Positions 8,614-19,321 of a stretch of DNA of 64,000 bases are shown piece after piece. The notes below the pieces were generated by a model. It ran no database searches. It was not told the origin of the DNA and worked only from the letters and a program-made list of their open reading frames with translations. The position numbers and the translations under genes are program-made. Position 1 is the stretch's first letter; each line of letters begins with the position of its first letter. The DNA is from Acidilobaceae archaeon (lineage in GTDB: Archaea; Thermoproteota; Thermoprotei_A; Sulfolobales; Acidilobaceae): assembly GCA_038897215.1 (NCBI GenBank), contig JAWAWX010000001.1, positions 640,001 to 704,000 on the forward strand, written 5' to 3'.

Positions 8614-10407
8614 TCAAGCAAATCGTGAGAGGGTTAGCACTGCTGTCACCATCGCTAAGCTAGTTGTTAGAATAGCGTGAATGAAGCCGGCGGCTATAGT
8701 CCCGTTAGCGATCTTCCCTGCTGTGAGACCCATTAGCCAGGAGTTCATCACAGCTCCGAGGCTAGCTACGAGAGAGACTAGCATCAGCTGGTGCATCATA
8801 GCCTCTAACCTAGGGCCAGTGACGCCAACAGCTATGCTTTGAGAAGCGAGCCCGATCATCAGCATCGAGGACCCGGCTACTAGAACAGCGCCTATGTAAG
8901 GCATCATCATGTATACTCTGAGCTTCTTGCTCAGCTCTTCCTCGAGCTCCGCTAGGCTCTTCGAGTACCTAGCTAAGCTGTCTAGAGTCTCGGGGCTTCC
9001 GCCCCCATAGGTTATAGCGTCTACCAGGAATCTCATCGTAGCTAAGAGGAGCCAGTTCTTGTAACCTCTCAGAGCAACCGCCACGGCTCTCTCCAGGTCA
9101 GAGCCTAGTGATAGGGAGGAGGCTATCCTCCTTAGGACCGGGTTCAGAGGACCGTAGTCTCTCTTAGAGAGCATCACGATAGCCTTCTCCGGAGCTAGCC
9201 CCGTCTTCCTCGTCTCAGCGAGCTCTCTAAGAAATATCGCTAGCTGGAGGCCTGCTCCCTTGACTCTCCTAGACTCGCTCATCCACGCTATAGCGCCCGG
9301 GATGCTGAGAGCTATGAAGAAAACTCCAGCGCTTATAGTGAGACCGACAACCACCTGCTTATCTAGAATCCCGTCAAGCACTCTATAAGCGCCCGTGACT
9401 TGAAACACCACGATGAAAGCTACTACGGCAAGAGGAACCCCATAGCTCAAAGTGGCTATATAGGGAGATACAACCCTAATAGGAGTCTTGGGCTGGATCC
9501 TGTCCACTAGATATATGACAGCAACTGTCATCAGCGGTAATGCTACGAAAGCGAAGACAGCGAACTGAATCACACTACTAAGACCCGCTTGTGTAGGATT
9601 CATTGACGCCATTATGAAGAATACGTAGAAGGTTATAGATATGATCACAGCTATTATGACGTAGATCTCGCTATACATAGCTATCCTACTGCTTATAGTT
9701 TCAAGCTCTTCTATTCTCTTGGAGAAGATATCTCTAGTCCTCACCTCTAGGTAGTCTACTAGATTCGCTCCTGTCTTCAGCACAGTTATGTATCCGAGAA
9801 TGAAGTCTCTAAAGACGGGGCTCGGGTGTGTATAAGCTTGTCTCTCGAGAGCATCGATTGGGTCTAAGCCCATGTATTTCACGTTACGGAAGACTGCTCT
9901 AGCTTCTCTCCTTATTCCAGCGAAGACTCTCAGTCTCGACACGCGTTCTAGAACATGTACTAACCCGACGCCTGCGAGACTCATCGAAGTAAGGTATGCG
10001 GCGAAGAAGGGGAGCTCGCTATTAGTCCTGTTCCTCCTATAGTCTGCCGCTATAGATGGTAGAGCGAGCCCAATAGCTAGGACGAAGACGGGGAGCATGA
10101 GCGAGAAGAGAGATAAGATCACGCGTAAGATGAGGTCTATAGCGAACCACCAAACAACGAGAACCACGTATAGTGAGATGAAGAGCGATAGAAACGTAGC
10201 CATCAGAACCCTAGCTGAGTATAGTTGAGGATACATACTCCAACCTGCTCTCCTCAGAGCATCCTCCATCTCGAAGGTTTTCGTAAACCAGTCCACCACT
10301 CTTCCGAAGAGAGCGAGAGACAGGTAATCGTATACGTCGATGAATCCCACTCCTTGCCTCTTCTCCGCCCATTGCTTTAGCGAAGAGCTATCCCTACTTC
10401 TCAGCAT
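8614..10407 (-). CDS. Type IV pilus membrane platform protein (TadC/T2SS-F, two domains)
   Basis: Duplicated T2SS-F repeats (ELPFFAAYL; FLRELAETRKTGLAPE), multiple TM helices, directly after the ATPase. Confidence 0.9.
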   Translation of the reverse strand: MLRSRDSSSLKQWAEKRQGVGFIDVYDYLSLALFGRVVDWFTKTFEMEDALRRAGWSMYPQLYSARVLMATFLSLFISLYVVLVVWWFAIDLILRVILSLFSLMLPVFVLAIGLALPSIAADYRRNRTNSELPFFAAYLTSMSLAGVGLVHVLERVSRLRVFAGIRREARAVFRNVKYMGLDPIDALERQAYTHPSPVFRDFILGYITVLKTGANLVDYLEVRTRDIFSKRIEELETISSRIAMYSEIYVIIAVIISITFYVFFIMASMNPTQAGLSSVIQFAVFAFVALPLMTVAVIYLVDRIQPKTPIRVVSPYIATLSYGVPLAVVAFIVVFQVTGAYRVLDGILDKQVVVGLTISAGVFFIALSIPGAIAWMSESRRVKGAGLQLAIFLRELAETRKTGLAPEKAIVMLSKRDYGPLNPVLRRIASSLSLGSDLERAVAVALRGYKNWLLLATMRFLVDAITYGGGSPETLDSLARYSKSLAELEEELSKKLRVYMMMPYIGAVLVAGSSMLMIGLASQSIAVGVTGPRLEAMMHQLMLVSLVASLGAVMNSWLMGLTAGKIANGTIAAGFIHAILTTSLAMVTAVLTLSRFA

Positions 10408-12073
10408 AGTGAGCCACCTCTTCCGCAGCTTTCTCGAATACGTCCTCGGGGAATCTGTAGTACATGTAGATGACGTCAGCTACCTCTCTGTAGTCTCTCT
10501 TATCTCTAAGCGCCATCCACTGGATCACGGTAGCTCTCTTCTCTATCTCTCTCCTCACTTCATCATGACTCTTGCCAGTAATCGCGCTGACCTCTTCGAC
10601 TACCAGGCTGTCTCTAAGGTCTAAAACGAACTTGTCTCTAGCGGGGTCCCACGCTAGTGACACTTTATACTTATCGTAGTCTTTAATCTCCCATATGTTA
10701 AACACTCTCCTCACTGTTACGGGCCCATGCTCTCCGGGAATGGTTACTCTTCTAACGAGAAGACACCACTTGAGTAGAGGTATGTAGCTTGGCGGTATAT
10801 TCATGGGAGGGCTCGTCAGCCTCCTGACTAGGTTCCTCACGTGCTCAGCGTGAGCGGTAGTCAAGCCTCCGTGGCCTGTGGCCATTGCCTGGAAGAGCAC
10901 GTATGCCTCCTCGCCTCTGATCTCACCGACTATGATGACGTCGGGTCTATATCTGAGGCTTATTTTCACCAGGTCGTATAGTGTAACCTCGCCGACTTTG
11001 CTACCTCCTAGAGCGTAGCTGGGTCTAGCTACGAGCTGAACCCAGTTCTCTAGAGTTAGCTTCAGCTCGGGAGTGTCTTCTATAGTTACTACTTTGATGT
11101 TCGGTCTAAACATGGTGGCTAGAGCGTTAAGCATCGTGGTCTTACCCGAGCCCGTGACTCCGATCACTATCCCCGGCATCTTGTACTCCATTGCGAGCCA
11201 GAGATATCCCGCGGTCATCGGGTCCAGAGTTCTCCCTTTCACTAAATCAATTATGCTTAGAGGTTTCTCCTTGAACTTCCTGATAGTGAATGTAGAGCCG
11301 CGCGTGCTAACTTCTCGCCTGAAGGTAGCGGCTAGTCTGTGACCCTCTGGGAGTATCGCGTCGACTATGGGGAAGGCGCTACTTATATGCTTCCCGGCCT
11401 TGTGGACAAGCTTTAGAACCATGGAGTCTAGCTCTTCGTCTGTCTCGAAGACTATGTTGGTTGGCATGCTCTCATACCTCTGGTGCCACACGTAGACAGG
11501 CTTGCCTACACCATTACAGCTAACGTCTTCTATGTAGGGGTCTCTAAGTATGACGTCTAACTGCCCGTAGCCTACATTGTCTCGAACCAGGTAGTAGTAG
11601 ACCTTGTTCCAATCCACTCTCCTTTTTAGAGTAGCCTCTAGCCTCACGCTATACCTTCTCATCAGATTCTTGACCTGCTCTAAGAGGTACTCTCTCTCAA
11701 TCTCTGCTTCCGACACTCCGCTCTCGCTTTTCGCGAGAAGAGACTTATCGAAGGGCTTCAGCTCCCACTCGAGGATCTTCACTAGTCTCTCGTAGGCTCT
11801 CATCTCGTAGGCGTTTAGGGGGCTCTCGTAGACGTAGTAGAGTCTTTCTCTTGAAACCTTCTCCTCTAGAATGAATACATGAGCATAGGGCTTAACCACG
11901 GTATACCTATCTACGACCTCGTAGTTCTCGTAGCCTCTGATATCGGGCACCTCGCCGGCTTCCATGCTCTCTGCTAGTTGCTTTTCGAACTCGCTCTCTT
12001 CGCTATACCCCAGCCTACTTCTTCTGAGAAGCGACACGGCCTTCTTGAACAGGTCTGTAATCGCTCTCCACAT
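10394..12073 (-). CDS. Type IV pilus assembly ATPase (VirB11/FlaI family)
   Basis: DPYIEDVSCNG, GVTGSGKTT, TIEDTPEL, LRYRPDVIIVGEIRG, ATGHGGLTT. Confidence 0.95.
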   Translation of the reverse strand: MWRAITDLFKKAVSLLRRSRLGYSEESEFEKQLAESMEAGEVPDIRGYENYEVVDRYTVVKPYAHVFILEEKVSRERLYYVYESPLNAYEMRAYERLVKILEWELKPFDKSLLAKSESGVSEAEIEREYLLEQVKNLMRRYSVRLEATLKRRVDWNKVYYYLVRDNVGYGQLDVILRDPYIEDVSCNGVGKPVYVWHQRYESMPTNIVFETDEELDSMVLKLVHKAGKHISSAFPIVDAILPEGHRLAATFRREVSTRGSTFTIRKFKEKPLSIIDLVKGRTLDPMTAGYLWLAMEYKMPGIVIGVTGSGKTTMLNALATMFRPNIKVVTIEDTPELKLTLENWVQLVARPSYALGGSKVGEVTLYDLVKISLRYRPDVIIVGEIRGEEAYVLFQAMATGHGGLTTAHAEHVRNLVRRLTSPPMNIPPSYIPLLKWCLLVRRVTIPGEHGPVTVRRVFNIWEIKDYDKYKVSLAWDPARDKFVLDLRDSLVVEEVSAITGKSHDEVRREIEKRATVIQWMALRDKRDYREVADVIYMYYRFPEDVFEKAAEEVAHYAEK

Positions 12074-12239
12074 TGGGCTTAATCACTTCCCTCTATGATT
12101 ACATCATAGGCTAACGTAGACCTTTTCCAGCATATTCGTCTTAGAGAAGAGATATTATATGTCTGATTTTATCTCCCAGCTAGCGAGCATGAGGAGACTT
12201 TAAAATAGAGTAGCGCTATAAGCTAGGATATGAGGAGGA

Positions 12240-15200
12240 ATGCCACGAGTAGCTCGATTAGTCTCTATTGCTTCGATTCTAGCAATAGCTCTAGCTGTGT
12301 CTTCCATTTGCTCAGCACTAGTTTTAGAGAGCTCTGTTGAAGCGGTTCTCAGCAACATCTACGGCTTAGAGGTAGTCACACTACCCGGCTGGATGATCTA
12401 CACTCACTATGAGGTTTCAGGGACAAGAGTGCTCTTGGGCGGAGACGGCTTCATAGCTAGCATCGACTTGGAGAAAGCAAGGGTCGAGAGACCCCTGGCT
12501 GTAGTAGGCAGAGTCACCTCCCTGTCTCTAGACTCTAGTGATACGAGCTATGCTGCAGTAGGCTCTGATAGCGGCGAGGTTCTAGTCCTGCAGCTCAGCG
12601 AGTGGAGCCTTCTGGCTAGATTCTACACGGCTACGAGAGCCTCGGTCAAGGCTGCCTACGTCGTAAAGTTGGGGAGCGAGAGAGCTAGAGACCCCTTCCC
12701 TCGCCTGATCGTCCTAGACGAGGCCGGGTTCCTCTACGTCTCTAGAGTCTCCAGGGGCCTTCTGACGGGCTGGTTTGAAGCGGGCCCTGTAGAGAACCAG
12801 GGCGCTGTAACGGGCGTCTACGGCTTCAGGGTTCTCAGCGTCGCCCCCTTGATGGAGCTAGCTGGCTGGCACTCCTACAGGTATCTAGGCGATAGAGTCA
12901 TAGCTCTAACGGACATAAGGATGCCAGAGCTCCCAGCCAACAGCCCCTTCCTGGGCTCCTCCATAATCAGAGTCTACTACCCAGACCCATACAGAGGCTT
13001 GATAGAGGCCTACACGGGGGTCTTCGAGCCCACAGTCTTAGGGGGCCCCTTGGAGGAGCGCTTCCTCTACTACGCGGTCTCCTGGGGGAGGTATCTGCTA
13101 CCACTACCTCAGCCTCGCGTATCAGCTACATCACTCGTATACTATGGTAGCAACGGGACAGTGGTCCTCGAGAACCTGCCTCCCGACGTCTATAGGGTTA
13201 GGGTTCTCTACGAGATAGTCTACAGAGATAGCGAGACGAGAGCAGTGCTCTCGAGAGAATACTACGTGGGAGAGCTAGCCATCGCGATTAAGAGTAGCTC
13301 GATCGAGCTAGTTAACATGACTCTAGCTCGTAGCGATTGCTCAGACATAGTCGAGAGATGCCTTCTGGGAGGTGAGAAGCTGTACTCTCCTAGCGTTATG
13401 CAAGGTCTCCTCGTCCTCGATACTAGGAGGCTACCGTTACTCTTCGACTACGAGGAGGACGGTAGACTAGTCCTCCTACCAATATCCAGGCAGCTAGCCG
13501 AGCTGGGTGTCAGAGACCTCTCGCAACACACTCTAGCAGTTTTCCTAAAGCCTCTAGACCCCCCTCTGGGCTGGAGAACTCTCAACGTGAGCTACGCTGC
13601 CGTGTTAGGGCTCGGAGACTGGCTCGTCGTTTACTATCTAGAAGAGGGCTTTAGGCTAGCTGATATCGGTTACGAGCAGCCACAGCTGATATACCTTGGT
13701 AGTAGACCGCGAGCCATAACGGTATCAGCCGACGCTAGAACGATCCTAGTAGGGACAGATAGAGGGCTCTTCTTCAAGATACGCTGGCTGAGAGGGCTGG
13801 GTCTAGCTCAGCCCGCGGGGAGTCTCGATAGGTACGTCATAGACTCGGTTCTCTCAATCGGGCCTGCTGCCGTCACCTCTATCAGGATGATCGACGAGAC
13901 TCGAGCACTAGTTGCTCTCGAGAACGGGAGGCTACAACTAGTAGACATCAACACCTGGACCCCCCTGTGGAGAGGCCCTCCAGGCTACGAGGGTCTAGAT
14001 ACAGGCCTTCGCGGAGCTCTAGTAGATCTAGCGGGCTCCTACGTTATCGCTGTCTCACCTGGGTCCAACAGGGTCTACGTCTTCAGAGAGAGGCTCGACG
14101 CTCTGCGCCCTCTCCTAGTCAATCTCGTTGTAGTAACGTATGATGACGAGGGGAGATGGTATGTATTCGAGCCTCCCTTCGAGCTAGAGCTAGAGCTGAG
14201 AGATAGAGCAACAGACTCAGTAGTAGCTGTGGCTAGGGCTAGGAGAGTGGCTCTCTTCTACGTCCCCACAGGCTCCTACTACCTAACAGTATCGGCTCCA
14301 GGAGCGGCGAGACCAGCCTCTATCGCTGTAGCAGTAGGAGCGGAGCCGGTTTCGCTAAACCTACTAGCTATATACTATCCGGGCTTCCCATTAAAAGTCG
14401 AGATAATAGACGCGACTAGGACCATCGAGGAGGTGATGAAGTACCACCCACCTAGAGCCACGATAACTCTCAGGTTTCTGAGCATCGATAGAGATGTAGT
14501 CCAGGAGCCTCTAAGAGTCACACTCCTGGGGCCTACTAGCGTGCCTAATATTCTCGTGACTAACGGCGTACTGATCGTGAGCGATGTCCTCCCAGGAGAG
14601 TACACGGTGCACGTGTCTCCCCTGACTCCCATGCTCAGAGAAGCAATGTTCACGGTCAGGGTCTCAATGACGAGAACGAGTCCTGATACCCTCATGCTGT
14701 ATCCCACTTCTCTGCCAGTGAGGATAATCCTCTGGGATGTGGATGCTAGAGCCTCGGTAGGAGTGGCTCACAGAGTGTTGCTCGAGAGGCTAGGCGCTGG
14801 CTCCCCCCTGCTAGCCTACCCTAGAAGTCTGACTGTAGCACGAGAGGCTCTAGTAGAGCTTCCAGCTGGAGTCTACAAGGTCAGGGTTGAGCCGCTGACT
14901 CTGAACGTCTACGAGAGGCCTGGAGAGATAACAGTTGAAGTCAGAGAGCCGACTACTGTGACTATAAACATGACCAGGAAGAGATTCACGCTAGAACTCA
15001 CAATACTAGACTCTTGGGGCAGACTTATGGAGGGGGCTAGGGTAGAGTTCGCAGGCATAGACATCCCCGTCTACGTTGAAGCGAAGACCTGGAGAGACGG
15101 CAGGGTTCTAGTAGAGCTACCATATGGTTTCTACGATGTCACGATATCGAAGAGGTTCTACAAGACCTTCACGGACTCTATTGCTCTCGAGTCGAGCACA

Positions 15201-15353
15201 TCGAGGCAGATAATCGTAGAACCGGGCGTCGTAGCGGTCCTAATCAGGTACGCGCCGATACTTGCTGGGGTAACAGCATTAGCGGTAGCGGGAGCGGTCT
15301 TTCTCAGAGTAAGGAAGATGATAGCGGAGAGGCTAGAAGAAGAGGAGCTCTAG
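12240..15353 (+). CDS. Large secreted, C-terminally anchored surface protein (beta-propeller-like + Ig/carboxypeptidase-regulatory-like repeats)
   Basis: Signal peptide, propeller-like blades (AVGSDSGEV, LVGTDRG, VALENGRL), repeated PGxY strands, C-terminal TM and charged tail. Confidence 0.65.
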   Translation: MPRVARLVSIASILAIALAVSSICSALVLESSVEAVLSNIYGLEVVTLPGWMIYTHYEVSGTRVLLGGDGFIASIDLEKARVERPLAVVGRVTSLSLDSSDTSYAAVGSDSGEVLVLQLSEWSLLARFYTATRASVKAAYVVKLGSERARDPFPRLIVLDEAGFLYVSRVSRGLLTGWFEAGPVENQGAVTGVYGFRVLSVAPLMELAGWHSYRYLGDRVIALTDIRMPELPANSPFLGSSIIRVYYPDPYRGLIEAYTGVFEPTVLGGPLEERFLYYAVSWGRYLLPLPQPRVSATSLVYYGSNGTVVLENLPPDVYRVRVLYEIVYRDSETRAVLSREYYVGELAIAIKSSSIELVNMTLARSDCSDIVERCLLGGEKLYSPSVMQGLLVLDTRRLPLLFDYEEDGRLVLLPISRQLAELGVRDLSQHTLAVFLKPLDPPLGWRTLNVSYAAVLGLGDWLVVYYLEEGFRLADIGYEQPQLIYLGSRPRAITVSADARTILVGTDRGLFFKIRWLRGLGLAQPAGSLDRYVIDSVLSIGPAAVTSIRMIDETRALVALENGRLQLVDINTWTPLWRGPPGYEGLDTGLRGALVDLAGSYVIAVSPGSNRVYVFRERLDALRPLLVNLVVVTYDDEGRWYVFEPPFELELELRDRATDSVVAVARARRVALFYVPTGSYYLTVSAPGAARPASIAVAVGAEPVSLNLLAIYYPGFPLKVEIIDATRTIEEVMKYHPPRATITLRFLSIDRDVVQEPLRVTLLGPTSVPNILVTNGVLIVSDVLPGEYTVHVSPLTPMLREAMFTVRVSMTRTSPDTLMLYPTSLPVRIILWDVDARASVGVAHRVLLERLGAGSPLLAYPRSLTVAREALVELPAGVYKVRVEPLTLNVYERPGEITVEVREPTTVTINMTRKRFTLELTILDSWGRLMEGARVEFAGIDIPVYVEAKTWRDGRVLVELPYGFYDVTISKRFYKTFTDSIALESSTSRQIIVEPGVVAVLIRYAPILAGVTALAVAGAVFLRVRKMIAERLEEEEL

Positions 15354-15396
15354 GGGTCGGAGTCTAACAACATGCTCCTAGTGTAGTTGCACGAGA

Positions 15397-15744
15397 CTAG
15401 CCCCACTTGCCTTTCTTCATGTGGACCTCTAGCTCAGCCTTTATCTCTTGGATCGTGAGCTCAGCGAACTCCTTCTCCTTCTGGAAGATCTTGACACACA
15501 GAGGGTCGAGATTGTCCTGGATCCCCTTCTCAGCGATCTCTCTAAGCTCTTCGAGTAAGACGAGAGCCCTCATGTGGAGAGTATTCGTCAACCTAGACCT
15601 CAAAACTAGCTGAGCCTCGTTCTCCGATAGCTCAGCGAATTTCTCTTTAGGAGCGCCACACCTAGGGCAACGGTCCGGAGGGCTGTCAGCCTCCAGCACT
15701 AGAGCACAAGCTTGGCACTTCCAGAACTTCGGCATGATGCTCAC
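15397..15744 (-). CDS. Rubredoxin-like domain protein with helical C-terminus
   Basis: WKCQAC...CPRCGAPKEKF rubredoxin motif; DNLDPxC...HMKKGKWG tail. Confidence 0.8.
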   Translation of the reverse strand: MSIMPKFWKCQACALVLEADSPPDRCPRCGAPKEKFAELSENEAQLVLRSRLTNTLHMRALVLLEELREIAEKGIQDNLDPLCVKIFQKEKEFAELTIQEIKAELEVHMKKGKWG

Positions 15745-16008
15745 TCCTCCTTCAAGTAGTCAGAGAACCCCCCTACACTCCGAATAAGCTTTTATTAATA
15801 ACTTCTCCATTACTCCACACGCCTTGAAGAGAGCGTTGAATCTCGCGTCGCGGAGGATTAGGAAGGTGGTGAGTCTGAGAGGCTCGGAGACACGCTAGCC
15901 ACGTGGTATCTATAGTGTAGCAGACTGGCATGTATTGAGAAAAAGCTAGCTGTATGGCTTACGGTGGAGTAATTAAGCTTAAAAAGGAGCTAGGAGAGTA
16001 GACCCAAT

Positions 16009-16083
<75 letters not shown>

Positions 16084-16206
16084 CTACGTGGTCGAGTTGT
16101 CTCTCTACGAGGCTGACTCACAGCTCTCGAGAGTATCTATGGCGGCTTCAGGGCTTGCTCGAAGGTGTTCTCGTATAGCTGTAGGCCCTATGCTCTAGTC
16201 TTAGTT

Positions 16207-16818
16207 CTAGCTCTTGGTCTGCCTCGTCTCCGATAGTATCGCTTCAGCTGTCTTCTCGTCTAGTAGCCCGCGTTTCGCCAGGCACTCCACCACGTCGGCT
16301 ATAGTGGCTACAGCGTGTAGCTTGACTCCTGCTTTCTCCAGGTTTTCTCGAGCTCCCTGAAGCCTGTCTAGTATCACTAGCGCTGCCTCTACTCTACACA
16401 CTCCGCTATCTCTCAGCGTTCTAGCCGCTCTCTCTATCGTGCCGCCCGTGGTCGCTACGTCGTCTACGAGTATGCACCTAGTCTCCTCGCCTTCGAGAAG
16501 CCCCTCTACGCTGCTCCTAGTCCCGTGCTCTTTCACCTCGCTCCTAGCGTAGGCTAGCTTCTTCCCCGATAGTAGAGCTATGGCTGTAGCCCACGGTATC
16601 CCGGCTGTAGCCAAGCCGACCACGGTCTCGTAGGGCTCTAGCTCTCTAGCCTTGTCTAGTAGCATCTCGACTGTTCTCGAGAAAGACTCTGGGTCTCCCA
16701 GAAGCCTCCTCAGGTCTAGGTAGAATCTGCTCTTCCTGCCTGAGGTTAGAGTGAACTCTCCCACCATTAGAGCTCTACGCTCAACCATCGCTTCAGCGAG
16801 CTCACAGACTCTACTCAC
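16207..16818 (-). CDS. pyrE: Orotate phosphoribosyltransferase
   Basis: FTLTSGRKS, KEHGT, LVDDVATTGG PRPP motif. Confidence 0.95.
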   Translation of the reverse strand: MSRVCELAEAMVERRALMVGEFTLTSGRKSRFYLDLRRLLGDPESFSRTVEMLLDKARELEPYETVVGLATAGIPWATAIALLSGKKLAYARSEVKEHGTRSSVEGLLEGEETRCILVDDVATTGGTIERAARTLRDSGVCRVEAALVILDRLQGARENLEKAGVKLHAVATIADVVECLAKRGLLDEKTAEAILSETRQTKS

Positions 16819-17492
16819 TCAAGCTCGCCCCGGAGAGCTCTCTCGTGCTCTAGATTGATAAACCTGACTGCCTCCAGGGGGTCTCGAGAGCCCCAGATGC
16901 TCCTACCCACTATCTCGTAGTCTGCCCCCGCTCTCAGAGCGTCGCCAGGCCTAGCTCCCTGAGCCCCGATCCCGGGCGAGAGTATCCTAGCCGCAGGCAG
17001 TCTGCTCCTAGCGACCCTTATCATAGCCGGTCTGGTAGCCGGAGCCACCAGACCCCACGGCTTTAGAGCCTCTGCCACGGCTAGAGTCTTCTCTATATTC
17101 TCATCTATTATCTCGGAGCTTCCCGGATGACTCATAGAGACGACTAGAGCCAAGTCTATACCTTTCGAGTCTAGGAAAGCCTTCAGCTCATCGAGAGCCC
17201 CGGCTCTCCCCACGAATGCGTGAGCTATCACAGCATCAACGAACTCAGCAATAGGCTCCACGCTTCTAACCATCACGTGAGCCACGTCGGCTAGCTTGAA
17301 GTCCGCTATAACCCTAGCCCTGCAAGCTCTCCTAAGAGATCGCAAGCCCTGAATCCCGTAGAGGACCATGAAGGGGAGCCCGATCTTCAAGCCATAGACC
17401 TCACTACACACAGCTGAAACTATTGGGAGAAGAGGCTCGAGGCTAACCCCTCTTTCGGGGTCTAGAGCGACTATCAGCCTGCTTTCTCTCAA
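16815..17492 (-). CDS. pyrF: Orotidine-5'-phosphate decarboxylase
   Basis: LIVALD, DFKLADV, MSHPG, SPGIGAQG, IVGRSI. Confidence 0.95.
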   Translation of the reverse strand: MRESRLIVALDPERGVSLEPLLPIVSAVCSEVYGLKIGLPFMVLYGIQGLRSLRRACRARVIADFKLADVAHVMVRSVEPIAEFVDAVIAHAFVGRAGALDELKAFLDSKGIDLALVVSMSHPGSSEIIDENIEKTLAVAEALKPWGLVAPATRPAMIRVARSRLPAARILSPGIGAQGARPGDALRAGADYEIVGRSIWGSRDPLEAVRFINLEHERALRGELE

Positions 17493-17538
17493 CTCTCTTC
17501 CTCCAAGAGCTCTCTTCGAGCTTGCGAGCTAATTAAGT

Positions 17539-18051
17539 GTGAGAAGCCGAGAGAGCCTGCGAGGCGGAGAGGGGTTGGAGGAGGGGGGGAGGGAGCTCCT
17601 AGTAAGGAAGATTAGAGACGGGATAGTGGTAGATCACATAACGGCAGGCAGAGCTCTCCAAGTCTTAAGGCTACTAGGGCTAGAGAACTCGGGCTTGACT
17701 ATGGCTATAGTGATGAATGTTGAGAGCAAGAAACTCGGGAGAAAGGATATAGTGAAGGTTGAGGGCTTCTATCTAGACGTAGACCAGATCAACAAGATCA
17801 GCTTGATAGCTCCGAGAGCCACGATCAACGTGGTGAAGGACTGGAGAGTAGTGGAGAAGAAGAGAGTAGAGCCTCCTCAGCTCGTCGAGGGGATCCTTAG
17901 ATGCCCTAACCCGACCTGTATCTCGAGGAAAGAGGGGGAGCCCGCGACTCCCAAGTTCAAGCTGGTCTCTCGCGAGCCTCTCGAGTATCAGTGTATCTAC
18001 TGTGATACGAGAGTGAGGGAGGAAGAGATTGCTAAATACATCTCAGGATAG
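17539..18051 (+). CDS. pyrI: Aspartate carbamoyltransferase regulatory chain (likely true start TTG 17575)
   Basis: GIVVDHI, KDIVKVE, CPNPTCIS...CIYC zinc site. Confidence 0.95.
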   Translation: MRSRESLRGGEGLEEGGRELLVRKIRDGIVVDHITAGRALQVLRLLGLENSGLTMAIVMNVESKKLGRKDIVKVEGFYLDVDQINKISLIAPRATINVVKDWRVVEKKRVEPPQLVEGILRCPNPTCISRKEGEPATPKFKLVSREPLEYQCIYCDTRVREEEIAKYISG

Positions 18052-19321
18052 CCTGCTCGTATGCGGAGACGTGCTAGCAGACTCTAGGAGAGTAGTGAGA
18101 GACGCGTGTGTAGAGATATCCGGTGGGGTTATTCTCGGAGTCAAGAGGAGAGAGGGGGGAGGTCTAGACTTCAGGGGAGAGAATAGCATAGTACTCCCCG
18201 GTCTCATAGACATGCACGTCCACCTCAGAGGGCTAGAGCTTTCCTACAAGGAGGACGAGGCCTCGGGGACTCTAGCGGCTCTCAGAGGCTGCCTGACGGG
18301 GGTAGTAGACATGCCTAACACCAAGCCCCCTCTCTCTACCCCCGAGGCTCTCGAAGCGAAGCTTAGAGCTCTCTCCGAGAACAGCTACGTAGACTACTCG
18401 GTCTACGCCGGGGTCCCCAGCAGGCCTGAGCTCGTGAGGAAGCTAGCCGAGAAGCCTATAGTAGGCTTCAAGATATACCCGGAGGACTTCGAGAAAGAGA
18501 GCTCTCTCTGCGAGGTGCTTAGAGAAGCTGAGAGACGCGGTCTCCTAGTAGTTCTCCACGCAGAGCACCCACTACTCATCAGAGCTCCAGACTACGGCTA
18601 CGATAGGAGACTCTATAGGAGCTGCGTGGCTGAAGAACTCGCGGTCTTGGAGATAGCAGAGCTCACTGAGAGATGTCGCGCGAAGCCCAGAATCCATGTC
18701 ACACACGTCTCCTGCTATAGGACGCTAGAGCTAGCCAAGAGTCTCGGCTTCACTGTAGACGTGACACCACACCACCTCCTATTCTCTCAAGAAGAGGCCC
18801 CCTACCTCTTCTCTCCCTACTGCGAATCCAAGGTGAATCCTCCTCTGAGAGATGCTCACGAGAAGAGCAAGCTGTGGATAGGCGTGTTCAGCGGTCTCGT
18901 AGACGCGCTAGCGAGCGACCACGCTCCTCACGCGTTCTCAGAGAAGACGTCTCTAGACCCTTCTCTCTGTAGCCCGGGCTTCTCGAGCATAGAGGCGTGG
19001 CCTGGGGTTATGGCTAGAGTCTTCTACGGAATAGGTGCTATCGAACTCTTCGCTAGACTAGCTTCAGAAAACCCGGCTAAGATATTGGGGCTGGGTGGTT
19101 GCTTCGGCTTCGAGAAGGGGTGTGTAGCCTCTCTTTCTGTTTTCAGAGAGTCTATCACGAGAGACCCCATGGCTTACACTAAAGCAAGAGTCTCCCCATA
19201 CTCTAGCTTAGAGAGGCTGGAATGCCTAGCTGTCATCGTGAGAGGGAGGCTCGCTATGCTGAAAGGGAGGCTGGAGGCCTCTAGAGGCTCTGGCTTCAAT
19301 CTAGCACTATCGAGACCCTAG
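18029..19321 (+). CDS. pyrC: Dihydroorotase
   Basis: [31 protein letters not shown]. Confidence 0.9.
   Translation: MLNTSQDSLLVCGDVLADSRRVVRDACVEISGGVILGVKRREGGGLDFRGENSIVLPGLIDMHVHLRGLELSYKEDEASGTLAALRGCLTGVVDMPNTKPPLSTPEALEAKLRALSENSYVDYSVYAGVPSRPELVRKLAEKPIVGFKIYPEDFEKESSLCEVLREAERRGLLVVLHAEHPLLIRAPDYGYDRRLYRSCVAEELAVLEIAELTERCRAKPRIHVTHVSCYRTLELAKSLGFTVDVTPHHLLFSQEEAPYLFSPYCESKVNPPLRDAHEKSKLWIGVFSGLVDALASDHAPHAFSEKTSLDPSLCSPGFSSIEAWPGVMARVFYGIGAIELFARLASENPAKILGLGGCFGFEKGCVASLSVFRESITRDPMAYTKARVSPYSSLERLECLAVIVRGRLAMLKGRLEASRGSGFNLALSRP

Noticed and set aside
8614-12073. Archaellum (arlI/arlJ) assignment
   Set aside because: No arlH/F/G/X nearby and the pilins lack archaellin-type N-termini; a type IV pilus fits better
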